Positions 38,649 through 46,641 of a stretch of 64,000 nucleotides of DNA are shown in pieces. Position numbers and translations under genes: made by a program. The DNA comes from an uncultured Bdellovibrionales bacterium (GTDB taxonomy: Bacteria; Patescibacteriota; Minisyncoccia; Moranbacterales; UBA9337). The notes under the pieces were generated by a model. That model made no database searches and was not told the DNA's origin. It was given only the letters and a program-made list of their open reading frames with translations. Where the stretch lies: positions 82,424 to 146,423 of the forward strand of contig CAZSCV010000001.1 in NCBI GenBank assembly GCA_964605525.1, read 5' to 3'. Each line of letters opens with the position of its first letter. The first letter of the stretch is position 1.

Positions 38649-40154
38649 ATGTTGAAAGGATATTTTAAAAAAGGCAGCGCATTGGTGTATATTTTAATCA
38701 TAATGTCGGCCGTTATGATTATTCTTACATCGATGATTCAGTTTGTAGTGTCCCAGTTGAAATACAGCCAGTATGAGGCAAGTCGCGAGGAATCATTGCA
38801 AATTGCCGAAGCAGGAATATATTTTTACCGCTGGTATCTTGCCCATGAAGTTGAAGGAAAAACAGCTTATCAAGTGGAAGATTTTTGGCAAAATCAAAGC
38901 CCGCTTGGAGTAGATTCTCCATATGAGCAGGATTTTAAAGATCCTCAAGGGGGAGTCATTGGAAGATATTCAATTGAAGTTACTCCTCCTGATCCAAATT
39001 CGACAATTGTAGTTGTGCAATCAACCGGTTGGACGATTAAGAATCCAAATTCAACGAGAACAGTAAGGGTGAGATTTCGGCGTCCATCATGGAGTGAATA
39101 TTTAGTGCTTAGCAACGCGAGTGTTCGATTTGGAGATGGGACGGAAACTTTCGGTTTATTACACTCAAACGGAGGAATAAGATTTGATGGAATTGCGCAT
39201 AATATTGTTTCCAGTTCCCAAGAAACTTATGTTGATCCAGATACCGGAATAACCCGTCCCGGAGTGTGGACGGCATGGACGAATGAATATAATACAAATA
39301 TGGACGGGGATGTTTTTCAGGCGGGAACTGAATTTCCTGTTTCAGAAGAAGATTTCACTGGAGTATCAGCCGATTTGGCTTTAATGAAATCGGCGGCTAA
39401 TTCCGGAATCAATGGAAGTATATATTTCGGTCATTCCGGCAAGGGTCAGCATATAATATTAAAAGATAATGGAACATTTGATTCAAGAACTGTGAGTCAA
39501 TATGATTCATTTACAAATGCAATAAAAACATATGCCAGCGGTTGGTCGACGCATAATATTCCCAATAACGGGGTTATTTTTGTTGAAAATAATGTTTGGC
39601 TTGAAGGGAAAATTGACAACAAAAGAGTGACTGTGGCAGCAGCTGATATTATTGGAGGAGGAGGCGCAAGTGTTTATATTGGCAACGATATTCGATATAC
39701 AAATTATGACGGAAGTGATATTTTGGGAATAATCGGACAGAATGATATTGAAATTATCAAAGATAGTGAAAATGATCTACAGATAGACGGAGCATTGATT
39801 GCTCAAACAGGAAGAGTAGGAAGGGATTATTATTCCGGTTATTACAGAAGTGGAAACGGAGGAGAAAAGGGATGGAAAATTTTAGGCGGAAATACTTACC
39901 AATGGGGAAATAGTGCGGGATGGTATCTTTGCTTATGTGGCGATCTTTCGTGCGTGGATCATAAGGACTCAATAACATTATTTGGAGCAATGGCAACTAA
40001 TGGTCGTTACGGATTTGCTTATACTGATAGCTGTCCGAGAGACTCAGGATATACGGATCGAAATTTAGTATATGACAATAATCTTTTATATTATCCTCCT
40101 CCCTACTTTCCAACCAGTCCGGAGTATTCCCTAGATATGTGGGATGAGCTATAA
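38649..40154 (+). CDS. PilX-like pilus-associated protein (N-terminal TM)
   Basis: GSALVYILIIMSAVMIILTSMIQFV hydrophobic N-terminus typical of PilX_N; 501 aa. Confidence 0.45.
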   Translation: MLKGYFKKGSALVYILIIMSAVMIILTSMIQFVVSQLKYSQYEASREESLQIAEAGIYFYRWYLAHEVEGKTAYQVEDFWQNQSPLGVDSPYEQDFKDPQGGVIGRYSIEVTPPDPNSTIVVVQSTGWTIKNPNSTRTVRVRFRRPSWSEYLVLSNASVRFGDGTETFGLLHSNGGIRFDGIAHNIVSSSQETYVDPDTGITRPGVWTAWTNEYNTNMDGDVFQAGTEFPVSEEDFTGVSADLALMKSAANSGINGSIYFGHSGKGQHIILKDNGTFDSRTVSQYDSFTNAIKTYASGWSTHNIPNNGVIFVENNVWLEGKIDNKRVTVAAADIIGGGGASVYIGNDIRYTNYDGSDILGIIGQNDIEIIKDSENDLQIDGALIAQTGRVGRDYYSGYYRSGNGGEKGWKILGGNTYQWGNSAGWYLCLCGDLSCVDHKDSITLFGAMATNGRYGFAYTDSCPRDSGYTDRNLVYDNNLLYYPPPYFPTSPEYSLDMWDEL

Positions 40155-41343
40155 TAAAAAAGCAGTAAGAATTGTTTTTGAAAATAATATAAAAATAAAA
40201 AATAAATATGGGTTTCCTTCAAGCAAGTTAGAAGGAAAACATGTTTTAATTCAGAAGATGTCTTTTCTAAATAAAAAAATTATTGATTTTTCCGATAATG
40301 CTTTCGGATTGGATTTGAGCGACTTGTCAGTTAAGGTTGTTCAGATGGAAGATTTCGGAAAAGATTTGCGCATACGCAGTTTTGGGAGTGAGAAGATATC
40401 TCTCGGCAGTGTTTCTGATGGAGAAATTATTGATCAGAAAAAAGTTGCAGATGCGATCAGGCGGGCAATAAAAAAATCAGGACCGAAAAAAATAAATACC
40501 AAAAAAGTTATTTGCTCTCTTCCTGAAACGAAAGCTTTTTTGCGTATTATCAATATTCCAAAAATAAATCCGGAAGAAGTAAAAGAGGCTATAAAATGGG
40601 AAATAGAGGCAAATATTCCGGTGGCTTTGGATCAAGTTTACTATGATTGGCAAGCCCTGGAAGAGAAGTTGGGAGTGGATATGGAAAATAAGATGAGTAT
40701 TTTAGTGGTGGCTGTTTCTCGTAAAACAATAAATCAATTCATTGATGTGTTGGAATTGGCCGGATTGGAAGTTATTGGATTGGAAATTGAATCAGTGGCT
40801 CAATCGCGCAGTCTTTTGGGAAAGGAAGAGCAAAAGGACACTATTTTGACCGTTGATTTGGGGGATAGACGAACGAGTATTTCAATAGCTTACAAGGGAG
40901 TGCCATGTTTTACTTCAAGTAATCCGGTTTCTGGTCAGTCGCTTTCCGGAGTTATTGCAAAAAGCCTGAATGTTTCTTTTGATGAGGCGGAAAAAATAAA
41001 AATCGCCAAAGGGATCGGATCTTTTGTGAAAGAAGACGCAATATTTTTAGCTGTTAAGCCTGTGATTGAAAATCTGATTTCTGAAATTGAAAAATCCTTT
41101 GATTTCTATCTTGCCGGATTGAAATATTCAAAAAGCATAGACCGGGTGATTATTTGCGGAGGAGGAGCCAATACCCGGGGACTAGTTCCATATTTGTCAA
41201 AAAGACTGGGCATGGAAGTGAAGATTGGAAGTCCATGGATTGCGGCAGAATTAAAAACCAAACTTCCCATAATAAATAAAGAAGAGTCAGTCCATTATAC
41301 TACTGCAATAGGCTTGGCTCTTACAAATTATATTACTCATTAA
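40144..41343 (+). CDS. pilM: type IV pilus assembly protein PilM (actin-like ATPase fold)
   Basis: GLDLSDLSVKVVQMED…; sits between pilins and pilN; likely start at the internal MSFLNKKI. Confidence 0.7.
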   Translation: MSYNKKAVRIVFENNIKIKNKYGFPSSKLEGKHVLIQKMSFLNKKIIDFSDNAFGLDLSDLSVKVVQMEDFGKDLRIRSFGSEKISLGSVSDGEIIDQKKVADAIRRAIKKSGPKKINTKKVICSLPETKAFLRIINIPKINPEEVKEAIKWEIEANIPVALDQVYYDWQALEEKLGVDMENKMSILVVAVSRKTINQFIDVLELAGLEVIGLEIESVAQSRSLLGKEEQKDTILTVDLGDRRTSISIAYKGVPCFTSSNPVSGQSLSGVIAKSLNVSFDEAEKIKIAKGIGSFVKEDAIFLAVKPVIENLISEIEKSFDFYLAGLKYSKSIDRVIICGGGANTRGLVPYLSKRLGMEVKIGSPWIAAELKTKLPIINKEESVHYTTAIGLALTNYITH

Positions 41344-41347
41344 GAAA

Positions 41348-41905
41348 ATGAATATTCACTTGAATCTCCTTCCGGAGGAAAGAAAAAGAGGATTGAAAAG
41401 AAAAAAAATTTCTTGGTTGATTATACGCCAAGAATTGCTTGTGTTTTTTTCCGTGGCTGTCTTTTTGATAATTTTGTTTTGCATTAATTTTATTTTGGAT
41501 TTGCAAGGGAAATCGCTGGAGAGTGAATATGCGGAAGAAGCGCTAAACGGAGAGTATAAAGAAATCGGAAAATATGAAAAAATTTTTGAAGATGAGAATC
41601 GTGAAATAGCGCTCTTATATTCGGTGCAAAAAAATCATTTTGATTGGACAAATGTTTTAACGCGTTTAAGTGAAAATGTTATTAATGATGTCAAGTTGAA
41701 GGGTATTGTTTCTGATGATTCCAGGTTTAGTATTTCCGGAATAGCGAATGATCGAGATACTCTTTTGAGGTTTAAGAGCCAAATTGAAAATTCCCAATGT
41801 TTTTCCGAAATGGAGATTCCTCTTTCTGATATTGTTTCGAAAAAAAATATCAATTTTGAGGCAGAATTAAAAATTGAGGAAGAATGCATTAAGACAAAAA
41901 AATAA
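41348..41905 (+). CDS. pilN: PilN-like pilus assembly protein
   Basis: INLLP-type N-terminus (HLNLLPEERK), single TM, coiled coil. Confidence 0.55.
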   Translation: MNIHLNLLPEERKRGLKRKKISWLIIRQELLVFFSVAVFLIILFCINFILDLQGKSLESEYAEEALNGEYKEIGKYEKIFEDENREIALLYSVQKNHFDWTNVLTRLSENVINDVKLKGIVSDDSRFSISGIANDRDTLLRFKSQIENSQCFSEMEIPLSDIVSKKNINFEAELKIEEECIKTKK

Positions 41906-42580
41906 ATGAATAAATTTTGGAAAAACAATAAGCAGAATATTTTTATTTTCGGATTGCCGTTAGTTATGGCGGTTTTTGTGTTTTTTTTGATAATTCCCCA
42001 AATGAAGAAGATTAATCAGAAGATAGAAGAGAATCAGAAAATAATTGCGGATCATGAATCCAAAGAAAAGAAAATTTCTGAAATTGAAACAATGAGGAAA
42101 CAATACGCGCTAATTAATGAGAATGAAAAAAACATTGGAATGATTTTTTCAGCGGATAAAATTGTGGAGGTTATTGAAAAAATTGAAAAAATTGCGCAAG
42201 AAACAAACAATGAGATTGTGATTGAAATTGATGATAAGAAAAACAATGCATCTGTAAAAAAAACAGAAAAAGAGGAGGATGCTAAAGTTTTGCAACCGGC
42301 ACTGGAAAACTATATTACCATACAGATAAAATTGACCGGAAGCTATCGAAATTTGGTTAATTTTGTGAATAAGGTGGAAAACTTTGATTATTACGCTGAT
42401 ATTTTTTCGATTCAGGCAACAACCGACGAACCGTCTAATGCTGTCCAGATTAATTCCAGAATTAATCCTTTTGTTGGCGGAGAAGCGAATAAAGAACAAT
42501 TGGAGGAAAAGAAAATAACAAATGACCAAGGGGAGAGAATCATATATTCCAGTCTGGAATTAGTTCTTTATGAAAACTAA
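41906..42580 (+). CDS. PilO-like pilus assembly protein
   Basis: Single N-terminal TM plus coiled coil; start abuts pilN stop. Confidence 0.45.
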   Translation: MNKFWKNNKQNIFIFGLPLVMAVFVFFLIIPQMKKINQKIEENQKIIADHESKEKKISEIETMRKQYALINENEKNIGMIFSADKIVEVIEKIEKIAQETNNEIVIEIDDKKNNASVKKTEKEEDAKVLQPALENYITIQIKLTGSYRNLVNFVNKVENFDYYADIFSIQATTDEPSNAVQINSRINPFVGGEANKEQLEEKKITNDQGERIIYSSLELVLYEN

Positions 42581-42594
42581 AAAGTAGAAAAAAT

Positions 42595-42936
42595 ATGAAT
42601 ATTTCAGAACAAATTAAGAAGATTGATTTAAAAAAAGCATTCAGCAAGGTTTTTTCAATGTGGATGAAATATAACAATTTTATTTTTGTTATTTTTTTTG
42701 TTTCTCTTTCTGCTTACGGAATTTTTCTTATGTACCAATCATTGTATAATTCAAATTGGGATGAAAATCAGAAAAACAGCTATATTGCATCTCAGCAGAA
42801 AAACGTTCAGTTTAAAGAAGATAAGTTTTTAGAAGTTGTCGGTGAAATGAAGAGGAGATACGAGGAATATAATAAAGAATACAGGATAAATAATGATATT
42901 TTTGTCCATGATCAAATTGATGCAGAGAAAAAATAA
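42595..42936 (+). CDS. hypothetical membrane protein
   Basis: 113 aa, one TM. Confidence 0.35.
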   Translation: MNISEQIKKIDLKKAFSKVFSMWMKYNNFIFVIFFVSLSAYGIFLMYQSLYNSNWDENQKNSYIASQQKNVQFKEDKFLEVVGEMKRRYEEYNKEYRINNDIFVHDQIDAEKK

Positions 42937-42961
42937 AAAAGGAAGTAACAGCATTAGATAA

Positions 42962-42991
42962 CAAAAAAACTTCACTAGTGAAGTTTTTTTG
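42962..42991. terminator. bidirectional terminator aaaaaaaCTTCACtaGTGAAGttttttt
   Basis: Perfect palindrome flanked by A7/T7. Confidence 0.6.
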
Positions 42992-42999
42992 TTATCTTG

Positions 43000-43071
43000 T
43001 GCCCTTGCCAGGACTCGAACCTGGAATGCTTGGTCCGAAGCCAAGCGTGATATCCATTTCACCACAAGGGC
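43000..43071 (-). tRNA. tRNA-Arg (anticodon TCG)
   Basis: Acceptor GCCCTTG/CAAGGGC; anticodon loop CTTCGGA; T-arm GGTTCGAGTCC. Confidence 0.7.
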
Positions 43072-43084
43072 ATTTTTTCTGCTA

Positions 43085-43158
43085 TGGGCGAGTAGAGGGA
43101 ATCGGACCCTCGTACCTGGTACCACAAACCAGTGTTCTACCATTGAACTATACCCGCC
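43085..43158 (-). tRNA. tRNA-His (anticodon GTG) with encoded G-1 and CCA
   Basis: GGCGGGTA…; anticodon loop TTGTGGT; G-1 opposite C73. Confidence 0.8.
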
Positions 43159-43296
43159 ATCATCCACGCTATGCGTGTAATTTCTAATTTTAAATTTCTA
43201 ATTTTTAAACAATTTTCAATTAATTTTAAATTTTAAAAATTTTATAATTTAAGTATTGTTTGAAAATTGATAATTATAAATTGAAAATTAATTCCG

Positions 43297-43368
43297 TACC
43301 CTCGCCAGGAATCGAACCTAGATAACCAGCTTAGAAGGCTGGTGTTCTATCCATTGAACTACGAGGGC
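43297..43368 (-). tRNA. tRNA-Arg (anticodon TCT)
   Basis: Anticodon stem CCAGC/GCTGG, loop CTTCTAA; T-arm GGTTCGATTCC; G1-U72 wobble. Confidence 0.65.
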
Positions 43369-43374
43369 ATCTGT

Positions 43375-43426
43375 GCGTCGTGGGGGAATCCCAGTCTGCT
43401 GGTCCGCCTGTGGTGGAGAACCTTTG
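43375..43426 (-). repeat. duplicated tRNA-Lys 3' half (T-arm plus acceptor) with a paired-hairpin insert in the T-loop
   Basis: Minus strand: AAGGTTC[TCCACCACAGGCGGACCAGCAGACTGG]GATTCCCCCACGACGCACA, identical to the tRNA-Lys 3' end except for the bracketed insert. Confidence 0.6.
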
Positions 43427-43500
43427 TGCGTCGTGGGGGAATCGAACCCTCGACCATTGGCTTAAGAGGCCACTGCTCTACCGACTGAGCTAACGACGCA
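43427..43500 (-). tRNA. tRNA-Lys (anticodon CTT)
   Basis: Acceptor GCGTCGT/ACGACGC; D-arm TAGCTCAGTCGGTAGAGCA; anticodon loop CTCTTAA; T-arm GGTTCGATTCC. Confidence 0.8.
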
Positions 43501-43712
43501 TACTTTCTTTGTGTGTTTTTCGATTATATTTTGCGAGCTGTTCTACCGAGTGCCTGTCCGCCTATGGAGGAAGCTAACGACGCATCCTTTCTTTGTGTGT
43601 TTTTCGATTATATTTTGCGAGCTGTTCTACCGAGTGCCTGTCCGCCTATGGAGGAAGCTAACGACGCATACTTTCTTTGTGTGTTTTTCGATTATTTTTA
43701 GTCCAGTACAAC
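43501..43712. repeat. tandem direct repeat (~90 bp, 2.3 copies), each with a tRNA-Lys 5'-end fragment and a TATAAT box
   Basis: Unit tactttctttgtgtgtttttcgattatattttgcgagctgttctaccgagtgcctgtccgcctatggaggaagctaacgacgca repeated at 43501, 43591 and partially at 43681. Confidence 0.75.
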
Positions 43713-43755
43713 ACTAAAGATGTTAGCAAAAACAAGGCAATTAGTCAATTAAAAT

Positions 43756-45012
43756 CTAGAGCCCATTTGTTTTTTTGTATTCATCCCATTGTTTTTTTGA
43801 CCAATCATCCGGCTTTTTTGTGATTTTTGTTTCTTGCCCGGGATGAGGGTATTTGTCCGGAGAATCATAGCTACTGCGAAAAATTTCATCCAGGATGATT
43901 TCTCCTTTTTCGGCAATAACTTTTTGAGTGAAATATGTTTTCATGGATCCGTCCGGGTTTTTTTCAGTAATGTGAGGTCCATCCACTTCAACGATTCTCT
44001 TATCATCAGTTCCATAAAACTGAAAAGTCAATTCAGTTCCTTCGATTCTTGTTTGAATTAAAATGTTTCCAGGAGTGTTATTGATAAAACGCAAGTCAGG
44101 GCGGGGAATATAAATAGTTGAGTCCATTCCTTGCGGGTTGTAATAAGAAACTGGATAAGCATGGTTGCGGCGCGCGGTTATTTCTAGTCCGCTGTAAATG
44201 GCGGCGCGGAAAGCAGTAGTTGAAACTTGGCAAATTCCCCCTCCGAATTCTGGTTCCGTTCTGTCATTTTTTATTACCAATTCAGGTAAATATCCATGCT
44301 CCCCGTCGACTTCTCCTAAAAGCTTAACAAAGGAAAATTCTTCTTCGGGAGCGATTATTATTCCGTCAAATTGATTTGTGGCAACTTTGATATTGTGAAT
44401 TCGATTAGTGGGAGATCCTCGAAAATTTGATTTTCCTTCCCCGATAAGCTTGTTTATACCAAGTTTTGATATCCCATCCTCCCTTATTTTTGGTTCCACT
44501 TTAATAGAAGGTAAGGATATAACTGCTGGAATATTTTTTTCGGATAACTTAGCGGAAAGTATTTGAATGCTTTTTGGAATGTCGAGTTTGAGACCATTTT
44601 TACTTGATTCTAATGTAGCGACTTCTCCGTCTTCAATTTTTAATTTTGCATTTATCGGGTTTTTGTCTGTTTTTTGAGCGAGGGTGGCCAAAAAAGACTC
44701 GATTTTTTCTTGGTCTATAGATTGGGAACTTATTTTTTTAGAGGTATATTTTTGGCGTATATCTTGGGAAAAGGAACAAAAAAAATCTTCCCAATGGCAA
44801 AAATTTATATTCTCGATTTCTGATCGATAGTTTTTTTCGTTCGTCAGTTCGGTGGATATTTTTATCCATTGGGAAAATTCACTACGGGATATTTTTTCCT
44901 CCGTGTCGTTTATTTTGAATATAATTTTATCAGTTTCAGCTTGTGCAAAAACTCCGCATAAAGGAGCGCCAAGTAAGAAAATAAAAATACAACTTTTTAT
45001 GATTTTATCCAT
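43756..45012 (-). CDS. VanW-family secreted protein
   Basis: Signal peptide; GGGICQVSTTAFRAAIYSGLEITARRNHAYPVSYY matches the VanW domain. Confidence 0.6.
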   Translation of the reverse strand: MDKIIKSCIFIFLLGAPLCGVFAQAETDKIIFKINDTEEKISRSEFSQWIKISTELTNEKNYRSEIENINFCHWEDFFCSFSQDIRQKYTSKKISSQSIDQEKIESFLATLAQKTDKNPINAKLKIEDGEVATLESSKNGLKLDIPKSIQILSAKLSEKNIPAVISLPSIKVEPKIREDGISKLGINKLIGEGKSNFRGSPTNRIHNIKVATNQFDGIIIAPEEEFSFVKLLGEVDGEHGYLPELVIKNDRTEPEFGGGICQVSTTAFRAAIYSGLEITARRNHAYPVSYYNPQGMDSTIYIPRPDLRFINNTPGNILIQTRIEGTELTFQFYGTDDKRIVEVDGPHITEKNPDGSMKTYFTQKVIAEKGEIILDEIFRSSYDSPDKYPHPGQETKITKKPDDWSKKQWDEYKKTNGL

Positions 45013-45131
45013 ATTATATAGAATAGGTTAAAACCCTTTTTTTAACAAGAAGAATTCCTCATGCAAGAAAAAATACCATTTTTGATGTGGTATTTTTTCT
45101 TGTATATTGCAAGCGGTTTATTTCTTTTATC

Positions 45132-45674
45132 TTAAAACCCGCGAACTTGGATTTTTTTTATTTGGTTAGTGGCTGCTTTTGGCAATTTTATTGTTAATAT
45201 TCCATTTTTTAAAGAAGCTTCGGATTTGTCAGGCAAAACGTCAACCGGAAGAACGACGGATCGGGAAAATGAACCCCAGTAGCACTCTTGATAATAATAG
45301 TTTTCTTCGGTAATTTCTTCTTCAGTTTTTCTCTCTCCTTTGATAGTCACCATATCATTGTTAATGGAAACTTCAAGGTCTTCCGGTTTTACTCCGGCGA
45401 TGGTGGATTTTATTACGATGTCAGAGTCGGTTTGATAAACATCAATAGTGAGTTGTCCTTCTCCGTCATTATTTCCGCTGTCTTCGTCGGCCGTCGCCCA
45501 TGATTCTTCTTCTTGGCGGATAGCTGGACGAAAAGGGTTGCTGCGCGGCATTGTAATTTCCGTTTCTTCTTCATCCTCAGTGAAAACGTTCATAGTGTCC
45601 ATTCTTTCGTTTTCATCTTCTATTCTCTTTGATCCGGTTAATCTTTCCAAAAATGATTTTTTTTCTTTAGTCAT
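45132..45674 (-). CDS. Hsp20/alpha-crystallin family small heat-shock protein
   Basis: ACD region: LTIDVYQTD…VSINNDMVTIKGE…GSFSRSVVLP…LKNGILTIKLPK. Confidence 0.85.
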   Translation of the reverse strand: MTKEKKSFLERLTGSKRIEDENERMDTMNVFTEDEEETEITMPRSNPFRPAIRQEEESWATADEDSGNNDGEGQLTIDVYQTDSDIVIKSTIAGVKPEDLEVSINNDMVTIKGERKTEEEITEENYYYQECYWGSFSRSVVLPVDVLPDKSEASLKNGILTIKLPKAATNQIKKIQVRGF

Positions 45675-45751
45675 ATGTTTTTGATTTTAGGTGTTAAATT
45701 TAAGTTATTTTTACTATCGATTTCTTCCTTTGTATTATAATTTGAAAAAAC

Positions 45752-46327
45752 CTATGACGCAAGCTTGCTTTTTATTGTGGATAAATTCCAGGCTGTAATC
45801 AGCACAAGAACTGCAAAAAATGAAAACAGATACAATGGAAAGACTTTTTCCGAATTTAAGATGAGAAAGTTATATAATGAGTGAATTGTGATGGTAAAAA
45901 TAAGAGGTTTGATGGTATATCTTTTTTTTTGAGCGAGGTAGTAGGCGATAATTCCAAAGGTGGTTATATGGAGTAAGGTTATTTGTATCATAATAGAAAG
46001 AGAGATATGAGTTGAAATTGTTGTAGTTATTTTCTGCCATATAAGAAAAAGTTCCAAAGCGGAAAATCCAATTCCGGCAATGAGGGAATGGATAATAGTT
46101 AATCTTCCGAAAGAGTAGGATTCTATTTTTCTGGAAACGATGAGGAATTTTATTGTCTCTTCAATGGCGACAAAAAGAACAATAAAAAGAGAAAATTTTT
46201 CAAATAGAGAGAAAGCGATGCTTTTTTCGATGGATAATATTTCAAGAATTATTCGTACAATCATTTCCAAAACAAGAGCCAAAGCGGCTGCAAAAATTCC
46301 CCAAAAAAAAGATTGAATTATTTTCAT
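45752..46327 (-). CDS. PrsW/CPBP-like intramembrane protease family protein
   Basis: Multi-TM; EExxK (AIEETIKF), FxxxE (FSALE), HxxxN (IHSLYN). Confidence 0.5.
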   Translation of the reverse strand: MKIIQSFFWGIFAAALALVLEMIVRIILEILSIEKSIAFSLFEKFSLFIVLFVAIEETIKFLIVSRKIESYSFGRLTIIHSLIAGIGFSALELFLIWQKITTTISTHISLSIMIQITLLHITTFGIIAYYLAQKKRYTIKPLIFTITIHSLYNFLILNSEKVFPLYLFSFFAVLVLITAWNLSTIKSKLAS

Positions 46328-46641
46328 AATATAATTTTAAAATTTAAATAAAAAGTAGCTCACTTTTGGAAAATTTATTCTGGGCTATTATTTATTGAAT
46401 AAGTGAAAATAGGTGTATAGAATAGGGTGTTTTGAAAGATTTTATATCAGATAATACTGACAATTTTTCATCGGATAAAACAATAAAATATTTTTCTTCC
46501 AAGTGTCCCTTTTGGATTTGTTGGAGGTATATTTTAAGCTCTTGGTTGATTCGTATAAGAAGAATTTATCCTGACTGCGCAAAGACAGTGTAAGAAAAAT
46601 ATTTTATTGTTTTATCCTTGGTACAATCTTTGGAGTATTAT

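Noticed and set aside
43501-43717. Possible CRISPR array or 62-68 aa ORFs in the tandem repeats
   Set aside because: Units are contiguous, identical ~90-bp direct repeats with no unique spacers. The ORFs are repeat-generated. This is better explained as duplicated tRNA-Lys promoter and 5' fragment.
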